Shown in pieces: positions 1 through 13,999 of a stretch of DNA of 64,000 nucleotides. How positions within the stretch are numbered: the stretch's first letter is position 1; each line of letters opens with the position of its first letter. Both the position numbers and the translations under genes were made by a program. The notes beneath the pieces are model-generated. The model was not told where the DNA came from. It saw only the letters and a program-made list of their open reading frames with translations, and made no database searches. The DNA lies in the NCBI RefSeq assembly GCF_006345805.1, contig NC_043003.1, positions 65,224,001-65,288,000 of the forward strand, in the 5' to 3' direction. The stretch comes from Octopus sinensis (lineage: Eukaryota).

Positions 1-166
1 TGCAGAGATGATTAGCTGTACTCTGAGAAGAAACCATTCCACCAGAAGGAAAAAAAAACATTTTTTGCATAGAACAGTTATTTTTTTAGAAAAACTGAAG
101 ATATGTCTAGTTCACGCTAGATATGAAACCAAGGCTTTTTTTTTCTAAACTGTTACTTTACACATA

Positions 167-336
167 GGCGCAGGAGTGGCTGTGTGGTAGGTAGCTTGCT
201 TATTAACCAAATATTTCCGGGTTCAGTCGCACTGCGTGGTAACTTGGGCAAGTGTCTTCTACTATAGCCTCGGACCGGCCAAAGCCTTGTGAGTGGATTT
301 TTTAGACGGAAACTGAAAGAAGCTAGTCGTATATAT

Positions 337-391
<55 letters not shown>

Positions 392-628
392 AATATATAT
401 ATGCGTGTCTGTGTGAGTGAGTGTGTGTATGTGTGTGTGACTATTCCACCACCGCGTAACAACCGGCGTTGGTGAGTTTACGTCCCCTTAACCAAGTGGT
501 TCGGCTGAAGGGAGCAATAAAATAGGTCACTACGCTAATATATTACTGGGGTCGATTCATTCGAAAAAAAAAATGAAGGTGGTGCCCCAGCATGGCCGCA
601 GTTTGATAACTGAAACAAATAAAAGATT
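167..628 (+). mobile_element. tRNA-derived SINE family A (CORE-like), split by (AT)/(GT) microsatellite
   Basis: Head ggcgcaggagtggctgtgtgg, B-box-like gggttcagtc, CORE-like cttgggcaagtgtcttc, tail ccagcatggccgcag...actgaaacaaataaaag; recurs many times in the window. Confidence 0.8.
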
Positions 629-1086
629 ACGATATCGATCTAATCCACTACAACTGGACTTACAATAGATACAAGGCCCGAAGTTTGGAAGAGACATGTT
701 TAGATGATATTATGAACCTTGCAGGTAGAAATATCTGAATGCATTTTTCCAACACTCAAAGAATTCTGTCCTTTCTAGGGTACGATGGCAAACTATGACT
801 GATCTGTTACCCAATTAAAGTTGTTTTGTAAACTGGTGCAAAATAAGAGAATTGAGGGTTAGGCAACATAGAGAATTGAGGCAACATAGATATAAATTCC
901 AGTTGAGGGACCACGATGGAGTAAATGGAGTATTACTTTCATATATAAGATAGCGCTGCAGCTATAGTAATCGAAGATGAAACCCCCAAAAAGGGATCTC
1001 TTCATCCCAAGATTGATTCAAGTTACGTGGAGAGTGAGGAATTCAACATTCCCGGATTTCGACATTCGTTTAAGGGCGAGAAAGAA

Positions 1087-1130
<44 letters not shown>

Positions 1131-2435
1131 GAAAGAGAAAGAGAGGGGGAAAGAGGGAAAGAGAGAATGCTTGATATTGTCATTTGAGTTATATATTTAG
1201 TCCCTAATGAAGATTGTTCTCATAGTGCTTTCAGAGACTCCGAAACTACTAGGAGTGATGGCGACGGGAATACTCCAACCGGGGACTTGAGGTCCGAATA
1301 CTTACAGCAGCATGGGTGTATATGTGATCATAGGAAAGTTACATTTATATCAGTGAATATATCCAAGGGCCTGGAGTTGGCGTGAAACCGAGTGACGTTT
1401 TAATTCACAGTCAAAAGTATGGCAAGCAAAACACGAAGAATAGGGAAAAATGAAGCAGGATATCTCGTGTCGTTTGACGCTGTTATAATTGCATCTGTCA
1501 AGAGCAGTTGTGGGACTTGTGAGATATTACGGACCCTTGTAGAAGGAAATGGAAAATTAAGCACAGCAGGATTTGAACTCAGACTGTAGGGAATGTAAGA
1601 ATAGATAAGGTAAGGAATTTTGTTCGACGCTCTAATGCTTCTTTCTGCTAATTTTCACTCTATCATTTTCTCTCTTTGTCACTCTAAAACAAATGAGAAT
1701 TGTTCGAAAACTTTGCTTCCTTCGCGCATCTCATAAACTGAATTTGAGAAATTATTCAGCAAGATTGCTCATGGGTTACTGATTGATAACGCACGCGCAC
1801 ACATACACACACAAACACACACACACTCACACACACAAAACCGGATGCCTTGGATTTCAGATTTAACTCCATACGAATACACCAAGGATATAAATATACT
1901 CCAGCGTCATATCATGTTTATGAAAACAGTCTCAGAAAATTTACATTCCTAAGAGCCAGCAAAATTTAACTTTCTAGACGCAAGCAAAATCATTTAACTT
2001 ACGACGAATCGCTTCAAGACGAATAATGGGAGAATTAGATTATCCCACGAATTTTCTGACAACTGTATTGTTTAGCCATTGTATTAAAGGAACCTAACAG
2101 TCTTCTGTCCAGAACATTATGATTTCTGCTTCCTAAAGCAAATTATAACAACTTTATGGTAAATATTATTAAAAGCGAAAGTTGTGTCAAGCGCATTCGA
2201 TTAATCTGTACCTGATTTGTTTATCAAATTAAATGGTGAATTCTCTTTGTGAATCTTGTGCTAAGTGGTAAAACCACGAAGTGGGTTACCAATTCAAGTA
2301 TGAATCTCAAGAAGTCAGATTGATATTTAGAGAAACTGGTGATAAATTCCTAAATGTCTCGTTAAATTAATACGCATTATGAATACACGTGCTTGCACCT
2401 GTAAAAAAACATCACGCTTAATTATGCACACAACA

Positions 2436-2505
<70 letters not shown>

Positions 2506-2612
2506 ATCACACATACACTCATTCACTCATACACATAAAGACATGCAGACACAGAAGCACATTTATATATACATATAGTGTTTTATGTATGCATGCGAAT
2601 AAATGAATGTAT

Positions 2613-2664
<52 letters not shown>

Positions 2665-3069
2665 ATACATATATACACCACACACACACACACATACACA
2701 CGCACACGCACACACACATATCCAACACTCCATACATACAAACACACAGAAGTATACAACTGTACAATTGTATATTTAAATGTACACCTTCGAATATATA
2801 TTTACTTACGGGGACAACGATTAAATATCGCCTAAGGAGATACGTATGGATCTTATTATACAGGTAAATCGTTACCTAATTTAATTTAATTTTAATTTTA
2901 ATTTAAATTCAAATCCTGTATATATACGTAGATCTATATTTATCGAAACATTTGTAATCATTAAAAAGCTGCCTAACCGTACTTAACTCTTCCTTTTGAC
3001 TCTTTTACTCTTTACTTCTTATAAATATGTATCTTCTCTCTCTTTCTCCGTCTCTCACTATATATATAT

Positions 3070-3124
<55 letters not shown>

Positions 3125-3354
3125 TGAATGTATGTATATATACACGCACATATATATTCGTGTAAGCATACAGACAGATGTATGTGGACGCATACAAATA
3201 TCCCAAACAAACATTTTCACATTCATGAATGCATGCACGAAACCTTACTTGTGTGTGCAGAGCCATACACACCATATATACACGCAGACGGATTTACGTA
3301 AGAAGAAACACTTATGCAAACTTTACATACGCACACACACACACATGTACGTAC

Positions 3355-3487
3355 ATAGATACATACATACATACATACATACATACATACATACATACAT
3401 GCATACATACATACATACATACATACATACATACATACATACATACATACATACATACATACATACATACATACATACATACATACA
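3355..3487. repeat. (ACAT)n microsatellite
   Basis: Direct reading. Confidence 0.95.
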
Positions 3488-4567
3488 TGCAGAGATGATT
3501 AGTTGTACTCTGAGAAGAATCCGTTCCACCAGAAGAAAATAAAGACCAAAAGACTTAAATTTCGTTCAAAAAGACCTCTTTCTGAGTTGGAGATTGGTTC
3601 TTTCCCAAGAGAAGAAAAATTTGGAAACTAAAACCAGAAGAACACACGTGCACGCAAATGAACGCACACACATGCACCCTCCCACTTCCTGAAATATTTC
3701 TGCGTATCAAAACTTACATTAAACAATGTTTCATTTAAACAAAAATATAGGTCGTGAATTGAGGGCGATTTGGGTGATATTTGTAGTAGGTTGAGCACAT
3801 ATCTTTGTGATTGCCGTCGTTGTTGCCTGTTACTTTCAATGATGCAATACAGCCAGTACTAAAGCTAAGCTATTTGTCTTTCCACTCTGAAATTTACCAA
3901 AAGAACTGTGTACTGTGTAGCTTTCGTTGAGATTAACTTTAGCTCTTTCTCTCTCTCTCTCTCTCCATTATTCTTATCATATTTTCTATTTGCATAAATT
4001 CCCCATTTTAATATCTGGCCCTCATTTATCATATATTTCTTCTTGTTCATCGTTTCACCTTCTATTTATAAACTTCGATTGCTTCCATCACTTGTTTCCC
4101 CAACTTTTAACCGTCGTGTGAGCATGTGGCGTGGTGGTTTGATTGCTTGGTCTACGACCGTGAGAGCGTATGTTCGACACTCAGGCTGAGCGACGCGTTT
4201 TGCTCTTCCAGCCACGGAGTTCGTTTTACATTGCTCCCGACCACAAGCCTGTAAAAGAGAAATAGTGAAACTGGTATAAACTCTATACAGTTCTATCTAT
4301 TTATCTATCTACGATGCAGTTCTATCTCTTTATCTATTTACCTACAGATTTCTCAATTCTCCCCTGCTAAGTATGTGTGTGTGTGTGTGTAGAGTCTATG
4401 AAAAATATATAGAGGCCAACAGTTTATCTACAGACTCTAAATTTCGAGCCATTACAAGTGGTACTTTAGATGTATACGTGTTCGCCATTATCAGTGCTGG
4501 TGGTTGCTGGTTTCTCTTCAAATTATTAAACCTCCCTCATTACACATACATATATATGTATGTACAT

Positions 4568-5315
<748 letters not shown>

Positions 5316-5637
5316 AAACACACACACACCGATACACACACACATACATATATACATTTCCACTAAATTAGACGTTAGACAATTGATGACCAAAGTCCAG
5401 AATCAGCCAACGATTCAGTGATGTGGCTATTAAAATTCACAACAGAACATGTGTAAAATGTGGAAGGGTGTACCTCGCAGGTGTAGGTCTGAAAGACATG
5501 TTACGTGAGTGCATATGGTGGTACCTGTTTCTCCTGCCAGTCAGCACAGTTGTCCAGTACGTAATAAAATGTGTTAACGTTTGGCTGGGCTTAAAAGTCA
5601 TATAAGGGCATCATACGGCATCAATAATGAATCATTA

Positions 5638-5862
5638 GGCAGCGAGCTGACAGAAACGTTAGCATGCCGGGCGAAATGCATAGCGGTATTTCGTCTGCTG
5701 TTACGTTCTGAGTTCAAATTCCGCCAAGGTTGACTTTCCTTTCATCCTTTCAGGGTCGATTAAATAAGTACCAGTTACGCACTGGGGTCGATATAATCGG
5801 CTTAATCCCTTGTTTGTCCCCTCTATGCTTAGCCCCTTGTGGGCATTAGAGAAATAAGTAAC
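5638..5862 (+). mobile_element. tRNA-derived SINE family B
   Basis: ggcagcgagctgacagaaacgttagc...gagttcaaattcc...catcctttcagggtcgattaaataagtaccag...cccttgtgggcattagagaaata. Confidence 0.8.
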
Positions 5863-6008
5863 GAATCATTTCAGTAAATCTTTTTGGCAATAGCTTTTCT
5901 CGTGTAGCGATGGTTCAGCTATGATGTATGTATGTATGTATGTATGTATGTATGTATGTATGTATGTATGTACACACACACACACAGACACACACAAACA
6001 CACACTTG

Positions 6009-6072
<64 letters not shown>

Positions 6073-6294
6073 ATACATATATACTTATAATTTTGTACGG
6101 CAGCCCCAAGCTGTCTACCTCGTTTCTCAATAACCTAACTCTATTATTATATTTCTTGATTAGTGCAAGTTCTAGAAATTCCCCTAGTATGCACTCTATT
6201 TTACCAGTAACCACCCAGTGTTGCATCACCATCACAACCATCATCAACATGATCACCATTGTCATCATAATTTCATTTCTCCATTTCGTTTAAA

Positions 6295-6770
6295 TCACAT
6301 ATTCGTTTAAGTCACACATGGCCAAATGCTCCTACGGATTGTTTAACTCTGCTGGACCGCACTCAACACCGTATTTGTAATGCTATTGGTCCTGATTTAT
6401 CTTCTAAATTGCATTCACTCATCACTGTCTTGTGGCTTCTTTGTCTCTTTTCTATAGTTATTTTCATGGACATTGTCCAGCTGAGCTCTCTTCTGTGGTT
6501 CCTCCTTTAAGAAGTTATCCGCGATCAACCAGACTTGCATCCAGTTCTCATTAGTATACTGTATAACTTCCTAAATGTCGTAAAGCACTTCACAGTACCA
6601 GTTTCTTGCCTTGTACTTCTGAACTTTGGAATTCCCTTCCACAGTCTTACTTTCCTCTTCAATATGATTTCTAGTCTTTTAAATCTAATGTACATCGTCA
6701 CCTATTGACTTCAGTCAAGCATCCATTTTTTCGAGTAGCTGTTACGTTTTCAGTAGCCTAAGGACCTTGT
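6295..6770 (+). mobile_element. CR1/L2-group LINE 3' fragment
   Basis: Manual translation, with stops and shifts: LTLLDRTQHRICNAIG...VASLSLFYSYFHGHCPAELSS...SFLPCTSELWNSLP...FKSNVHRHL, typical post-RT C-terminus. Confidence 0.7.
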
Positions 6771-7674
6771 AACGAGCGAATCAGTTGATCTCAACCATTT
6801 TTGTCTGTTGTCCCCTTTCATACTTATTTTACTCGGGTGGACACTCATAAACATTCGATGTTCTAAAAATGCTATTGTTTTTTGTTATAATTAAATATTA
6901 TAAGGAATTGTATTAAAAAATTGTTAATATGTAAGGTGCAGGTGTGGGTATGTTGTAAGAAGATTGCTTCCCAACCACATGGTTCCGGGTTCAATCTCAT
7001 TCTGTGGCACCTTGGGAAAGTGTCTTCTACTATAGCCTCATGCCGACCAAAGCCTTGTGAGTGGATTTTGTAGAATCCTGGAAGAAATGAAAGTAAAATT
7101 TATCTCGGCGGCTTTCAATGACAATCAAGGAATTGAAGGTGCCGGCATCGTCGGAGTTTGGTTGTGTTGGGGCACTGTCTTCAATGGTTTAGCCGAACGA
7201 ATCAACGTCAGTACTTATTTTTGGAGTCTGGCACTTAATCTATCGGTCTTTTGGTCAACCGCAAAGTCACAAGGATATAAGCAAACCAATGTCAGTTGTC
7301 AAGCGGAGATGGGGGACAACACAAAGAAAAAAATACACACAGACACATGCACACACGATGGGCTTACACTCAGTTTTCGTCTACCTAATTCTCTCATAGA
7401 GCATTGGTCAGCCTGTAAATATAATAGAAGGTATTGAACTAAATTGCCGCGCAGTGGGATTGAACCCGAAACCGCGTGATTGAAAAGAGAACGCCTTGAC
7501 CACAAAACCATGCCCAAGAGAAGAGTAGAAGTTGATTATAGACGTAAATACCCATTCTTACTTCCTGTTGGTGTGAAAGAAAAGACGAAGGTGTAGACTC
7601 AAGAACGCAAATTACATTCTCTAACAATTCTGCCATTCTACCGTCCTAGTCTGGACTTCATTTGTTTTAATTCA

Positions 7675-7935
7675 TTATTTTCTTTGATTCCAAATGGAGC
7701 ATAGAGCGGCAACAAGTGTTCTCTATCTGTCTCGATCTTTGGCGACGGCTTGTAGTTGTGGCCCAGGGGTTGCTGTCTACCAGTTCTACACATCCTATAG
7801 ACCTTCTCCATATTGATTTTGGTCTGCCACGCTTTCCATGATAAGAGAAGGTTGTCTAATGTCGTAGCCTCTTCTGAGTTTTCACTACGTTTTCTTCATG
7901 AGATCTTTGTGGATTATCTCCCTCGACGAGGAAAG
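7675..7935 (-). mobile_element. RTE-clade LINE 3' fragment
   Basis: Minus-strand GKRGRPKSIWRRS motif (R.RGRP..TW of RTE ORF ends). Confidence 0.6.
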
Positions 7936-9000
7936 ATTTCATATGTTCTATTGTTGGTGTTTTAGTAGCAATGTAGAACATTGAAAATGCAGGGCTGCTG
8001 TATCAACGCCTACTACCCTCCTCCATTCAAAACCGGGCTTGGGAACGGCCACAGTGGATTTGACTTAGTTTATTGATCTCGAAACGGATAAAAAGAAAAA
8101 TATGGCTCTCACTGAAACTTGAACCCTGAACGCCTAGATCCTGAATAAATACATTAAGGTAATATAGAGACGCTCTACCGACTCTTCCATTTCACCTAAA
8201 AGATGCGGAAACACAGACCAAATATTTCCACTGTCTCCGTTTTATACTCTATCTCAAACATAAATCTGTCAGAGTATTTTTGTAATTTCTTACGTGCTTT
8301 CATTATCACCATTTTCCAGTCATTTCTCTCTCTCTATCTCTTACACACACACACACACACACATACACACACACGCACGCACGCACACACACACACACAC
8401 ACCCTTTCGTTTCTGTGTATCACATCCTTGTTCTTGTTTATCTCAGAAGTACCCCTCCTCACTACGGCCTACTATATCTTTACAACTCCCTCTCTCTCTC
8501 TTTCTTTATCAACTCCCTCTCCCATTTCTCTCTCATAATCATCTTATTTTTCTTCCGCACAACCTCTCTCTGTTCTCACTGTCTTTCTCCAATCCTTTCT
8601 CAATATATCTCCCTATCTCTCTCTTACAATTTCAACGTTCACCCATCTCGACATCTCCCCTTTGCTTTTAACACTACGTCGATAAACGTTCTCTTTTCAC
8701 CTATGCATTATCTCGCTTCATTATTTTCTCCTTTCATTTCAGCCATTCCTTTGTCCCATCATCTTTCACCATCTGCTTCTCCAACAGGGATATTCTCTGT
8801 TATTGTTCCAATTTGATTGTAACGCAACTTATGCCTGTTAGTTCCAAAGATGACTGCAATTCGCTAAGATGGCGAATCCAACATGATTGCGTTTTCCTTA
8901 ATAAATGGCGGTCCCTTGGCATTTGAGTCGCCATCTCTCTCTTTATTACTTTGTTCTTGTTGTACGCACGTACACACACATGCACATACCTTTATAGACA

Positions 9001-9043
<43 letters not shown>

Positions 9044-9679
9044 TATATAGAAGGAGCTTCTACAGGACTAGAACTGTTTCATTCAAGAGAAATCTTCAGG
9101 AAGCTAGTTAACAAGAATTGTATTGGCATTTATACATTTAGGCAGGTTTAAAGGGGTGGTGGTGGGGGACTTTTTGGGGGTAGGCATAGCGCAAAATATC
9201 ATACTTGGGGGAGTGGTCAAGGAGTCAGTGTTAAATTTGATAAAAGAATAAATAAAAAAATAAAAAAATATATATAAAAAAAGAATAGAGTTTTAGGTAA
9301 ATAAGGAGATTCTCACTTATACCTATGCACATATGTATACATATATACACACACATACAAACATATATACATATACATACACACATACATACACACACAC
9401 ACACATATACATATATATACACTTACACATACATATACATATCTACACATACACATATATGTATACATACACACACTCACATGCATACGCGTATACACAC
9501 ATGTATATATACACACACGACCACACATACATATACACACAGAAAAATATATATACACATACACACACATACACACATACATGCATACACACACATATCC
9601 ACACACACACATGCACACACAGCACACTAGTCCCTATATACACATATATACACATACACACATATATACACACACATAC

Positions 9680-9735
<56 letters not shown>

Positions 9736-9844
9736 GTGTACCTATGCATACCTACACATACACACCTATATAATAAATTAATTTTACTCTGCTATGTATT
9801 GAGTACCTTATTTACTGTGGTTAACCCCGAATCAACCCGGGACC

Positions 9845-9895
<51 letters not shown>

Positions 9896-10508
9896 AGTTA
9901 TGTATGCGTGTTTTAAATTACATACATGCACATATATACGTATGAATGTATATTTGTGTACACAGAAAGATATATATATATCTCCGTTTGTGTTACATAT
10001 ATATACATACATACATGTATATATTTTTATGTATATACAGATATATACATATATATATATGTGTGTGTGTGTGCGTGCGTGTGTGTGTGTGTGTGCGCGT
10101 GCGTGTGAACGCGTTTCCTCAAATTCACTTACTTATTAAGTTATCTACCAGCTGCACTTCAAATTTGCTGGCACTAATTTCACATATTCCATAAATACAT
10201 ATGTTTAGCTACATTATAAACACTTTACACTTCTTTGCTCTTAACGCCGTCCATCTGACATACACTCGTCTTTTTTTTTCACCTTCTTTCTTTCTTTTAA
10301 ATGCACGAACCTTAGCAACACACTGAACTCTGGTTGCTTAAGGCTAAATATATTTCGGAAATCGTTATAGTTTAATTTCAAATCAAATCTAATAGTTTTC
10401 TTTTCAACGATGTGCTGGCACATTTTGCATAACAAGCTTCTACGAATTTCATAGTTAAGGCACTTCTTACAGATCTCATTCGTTCTCTGAGCGTTTGTTG
10501 ATATTATT

Positions 10509-10543
<35 letters not shown>

Positions 10544-10545
<2 letters not shown>

Positions 10546-11060
10546 GTGAGAGAGGAGTGTATGCCATCAAAGTGACGCTGCGGTAAAATATACGAAGCCC
10601 AGTGTACTCATCATGACAACCCATCTAATAAGGGTACACTAGGTGTGTGTGTGAGTAAGAGAGAGAGAAATAGAGAGATATGCATCACAACCATATGTGA
10701 GTGACATTGTGATCTCATATCAAGATAAACAGCGCATAACCTTGCAGGTGGGGCCCAGTTAGAATTTTCTTCTGGTCGAGTAACCCATCCCGCGCAAAAG
10801 TTCCCTGAATAAGGGATATTTAAGGATGTTGAACCAAAACCCATGTTTCCAGAGTGAATTATTCAAATCCCAAAGAATCCCTCTCAACACATGGCTATGA
10901 TGCTTGCCCACTACTTCTAATCGGGATCAGAGGCGCACATATCATCAGTCACTAAGGGACATGGTCAACTGGTTAAGGGCAAAATAACTAACAAGCAAAT
11001 CTGTGGTATTGAGCAGAATATTTGCTGCAGCCCATCTTTTATACCAAGACAAAACAATGT
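10544..11060. repeat. Non-coding interspersed repeat, copy 1 (truncated)
   Basis: Co-linear with 12082-12645 (atgccatcaaagt...gcaaatctgtggtattgag...ccaagacaaaacaa). Confidence 0.85.
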
Positions 11061-11120
11061 TTATTATTATTATTATTATTAATAAAAGCAACAACAACGA
11101 CGACGACGACGACGACGACG

Positions 11121-11173
<53 letters not shown>

Positions 11174-11209
11174 AATAATAATAATAATAATAATAATAAT
11201 TTTTCTATT

Positions 11210-11412
11210 AAAGGCACAGAGCCTGCAATTTGGGGCTAGTGGGCTAGTCGATTACATCGACCACAGTGTTTCACTGGTACTTAATTTATCGACCCCGAAA
11301 AGATGAAAGGCAAAGTCGACCTCTGCGAAATTTGAACTCAGAACGCAAGGACGGACGAAATACCGCTAAGTACTTTGTCCAACGTGCTGACGATTTTGCC
11401 AGCCAGCCGCCT
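11210..11412 (-). mobile_element. SINE family B
   Basis: Reverse complement of family B body and head. Confidence 0.75.
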
Positions 11413-11447
<35 letters not shown>

Positions 11448-11487
11448 ATAATAATAATATAATAATAATAATAATTATAATAGTAAT

Positions 11488-11911
11488 TGCGACCATTAGA
11501 TAGAGAACAGGAAGCCGGACATAGTCTTAATTGAGAAAGAAAGCAAACTATGCTGGATCATAGACATAGCATGCCCAGCTGACAACAAGGTATGTGATAA
11601 GGAAGAAGGAAAAGTCGAGAGACATGACAGGTTAGCTTAGGAAGTTAAGCGGTTGTGATCCATGAAAAAGGTAGCAGTAGTACCAACAATTGTCGAAGCC
11701 CTGGGAACAGTGAGCAAAAATCTCGAGAAGTACGTGTATCAAATAGGGGCTGCAATAAGGGTGGAGCACATGCAGAAAACAGCACTGATTGGAACCGCTC
11801 GAATACTCCAGATGGTGCTCGTAAAATAAGGGGTGTTACTTTAGTTCAGTGGTAGTGAGCAGCTGGCGCCGTAGAACATCTTAAGCGTTAGATGTGCAAA
11901 TAAATGAAGAA
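11488..11911 (+). mobile_element. R4/Dong-type non-LTR retrotransposon 3' fragment (restriction-like endonuclease domain)
   Basis: IENRKPDIVLIEKESKLCWIIDIACPAD...ALGTVSKNL...QKTALIGTARIL with in-frame stops; (TAA)n on both sides. Confidence 0.8.
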
Positions 11912-12024
11912 ATAATAATAATAATAATAACATCAACAACAACAACAACAATAATAATAATAATAATAATTTTAAAATGATGATGATGACGATTTCTTTA
12001 TTGATTACAAAGGGTTTATATTTT

Positions 12025-12074
<50 letters not shown>

Positions 12075-12081
12075 TATTATT

Positions 12082-12643
12082 GAATGAGAGAGAGCAGTGC
12101 ATGCCATCAAAGTAACTCCGAGGTACAATTATACGAAGCCCAGTATACTCTTCATATCTACCTGCCTGATAAGGGTACATCAGGCACATGCATCACAACC
12201 ATATGTGCGCTACATGGTGATCTTATATCAAGATAAATAGCGCATGACCTTGCAGGTAGATCCTAGTTAGAATTTTTTTGAGGTCGAGTACCCCATCATG
12301 CGCAAAAGGCCCCAGAATAAGGGTTGCTTAAAGATATTGAACGAAACACCCATGTTTCCAAAGGTGAATTATTCAAACGCCAAAGAATTCCTCTCATCAC
12401 ATGGTTATGATGCTTCCCCCCACTACTTCTGATGGGGATCAGAAATGCACATATCATCAGCCACTAAGGGACATGGCTCAACTAGGTTAAGGCCAAATAA
12501 CTGACAAGCAAATCTGTGGTATTGAGTAGAATATTTGCTGTAGCCTATCTTTTACACCAAGACAAAACAACGTACGTGATAACACTTCCAATCAATTAAG
12601 ATCAAAAGTCATGAGAGTCATTGTCTGGTACTGCATCAGGGCA

Positions 12644-12645
<2 letters not shown>
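12082..12645. repeat. Non-coding interspersed repeat, copy 2 (longer)
   Basis: Co-linear with 10544-11060; embedded in (CAT)/(ATT) repeats at both ends. Confidence 0.85.
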
Positions 12646-12701
<56 letters not shown>

Positions 12702-12711
12702 CCATCATCAT

Positions 12712-13125
12712 ATGTTAGGCTTTCGCTTCGTACTTGTACAAATTGACGTGGTCTCAAGCAGAAGCCTCAAGAGACAATAAGCTAGAATTTCAACTAGGTG
12801 TTATGACCAAGTTGCCATAATTTTGGTTTTGCACAAAGTATTGTTCTATGTGATGTCTATGAAAATATAAGAAAATTAGAAGTTCGTTTTGTAGGTAATT
12901 TGATTATAAGATAAAAGTGTGATGTTCAGATGACAGTAAAAGGTGTTTCTTATTATGTACATTTAAAAGTACTTTTGACACTGATTACAGATTAAAATGT
13001 TTCGAGGAATACATAGACAATATTTTTTGTAGGATATGAGCAGTTTCCATCAGTACTATTTTTTGAATTTCTTCCATTTTTTGATTACCTGGTATCTGGG
13101 ATAGGTAGCAATCATCCCCTTTTTG
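12712..13125 (-). mobile_element. R4/Dong-type LINE 3' end
   Basis: Similar to 47327-47630 (ggttttgcacaaagtat; gcagtt.cc...ttttgaatttct.ccat). Confidence 0.6.
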
Positions 13126-13135
13126 CTGTCACTCC

Positions 13136-13696
13136 TAGAGGGTGAGTCAAAAAGTAATGCCATTTTGTTTTGGACAGGTATAATTACCAACACAGCAACA
13201 TGTATCATACATCAAAATGAAACTGGTCCTCTGTGGACCATATCCTTACTACTCAACATAGACACCGTTTCTCTCAATTGCAATGTTCCACCTTCGAATG
13301 AGAGCAGGGCATGTATCCCTGCCCCGTAAGATTCTGTTGACTGTTCTTCGAGCCACTTCTTCACTAGTTTTCACTTCCTCGTCACTGGACTATCATCGTT
13401 ACTCGACTATCATCTCTTCGGCCCCATGAAACAGGCTTTGTGAGACAAACATTATTCTAGTGACGAGGAATTGAAAACTGTAGTGAAGAAGTGGCTCAAA
13501 GAACAGTCAAAATAATTTTACGGGGCAGGGATACATGCTCTCATTCGAAGGTGGAACATTGATATTGAGAGAAACGGTGACTATGTTGAGAAGTAGAGAT
13601 GTGATCCACAGAGGACCAGCTTCATTTTGATGTTCCTGTGTTGGTAATTATACCTGTCCTAAACAAAATGGCATTACTTTTTAACTCACCCTCGTA
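13136..13696. mobile_element. Mariner-derived palindromic non-autonomous element
   Basis: Termini gagggtgagtcaaaaagtaatgcc / ggcattactttttaactcaccctcg with TA flanks; internal DYHLFGPMKQAL...WLKEQ...IHALIRRWN...NGDYVEK mariner C-terminus. Confidence 0.88.
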
Positions 13697-13999
13697 CATT
13701 AGGTTTACTAAATTGTCATTATCTCCGTTGAACAATAAATACGTGAAACATCGAGGTTCTACACTAAATGTATGTAACTACACACAAGCTCTCACACACT
13801 TACGACGAATTGGAAGTCTGAGACAAACTCAGTCGTTCTGTACAAAACTTTGAAATTTGAAACACATGTATCTCTTTAGTGAATGGAACCGTAAACAATA
13901 ACATTCTTCTAAAGAATGAGATTACTAAATTCACGTGGAGGAACAGAATGATCAAGAATGTGTGAAGTGAGAAATCTATACAATGTTTTCGTAACCAAT

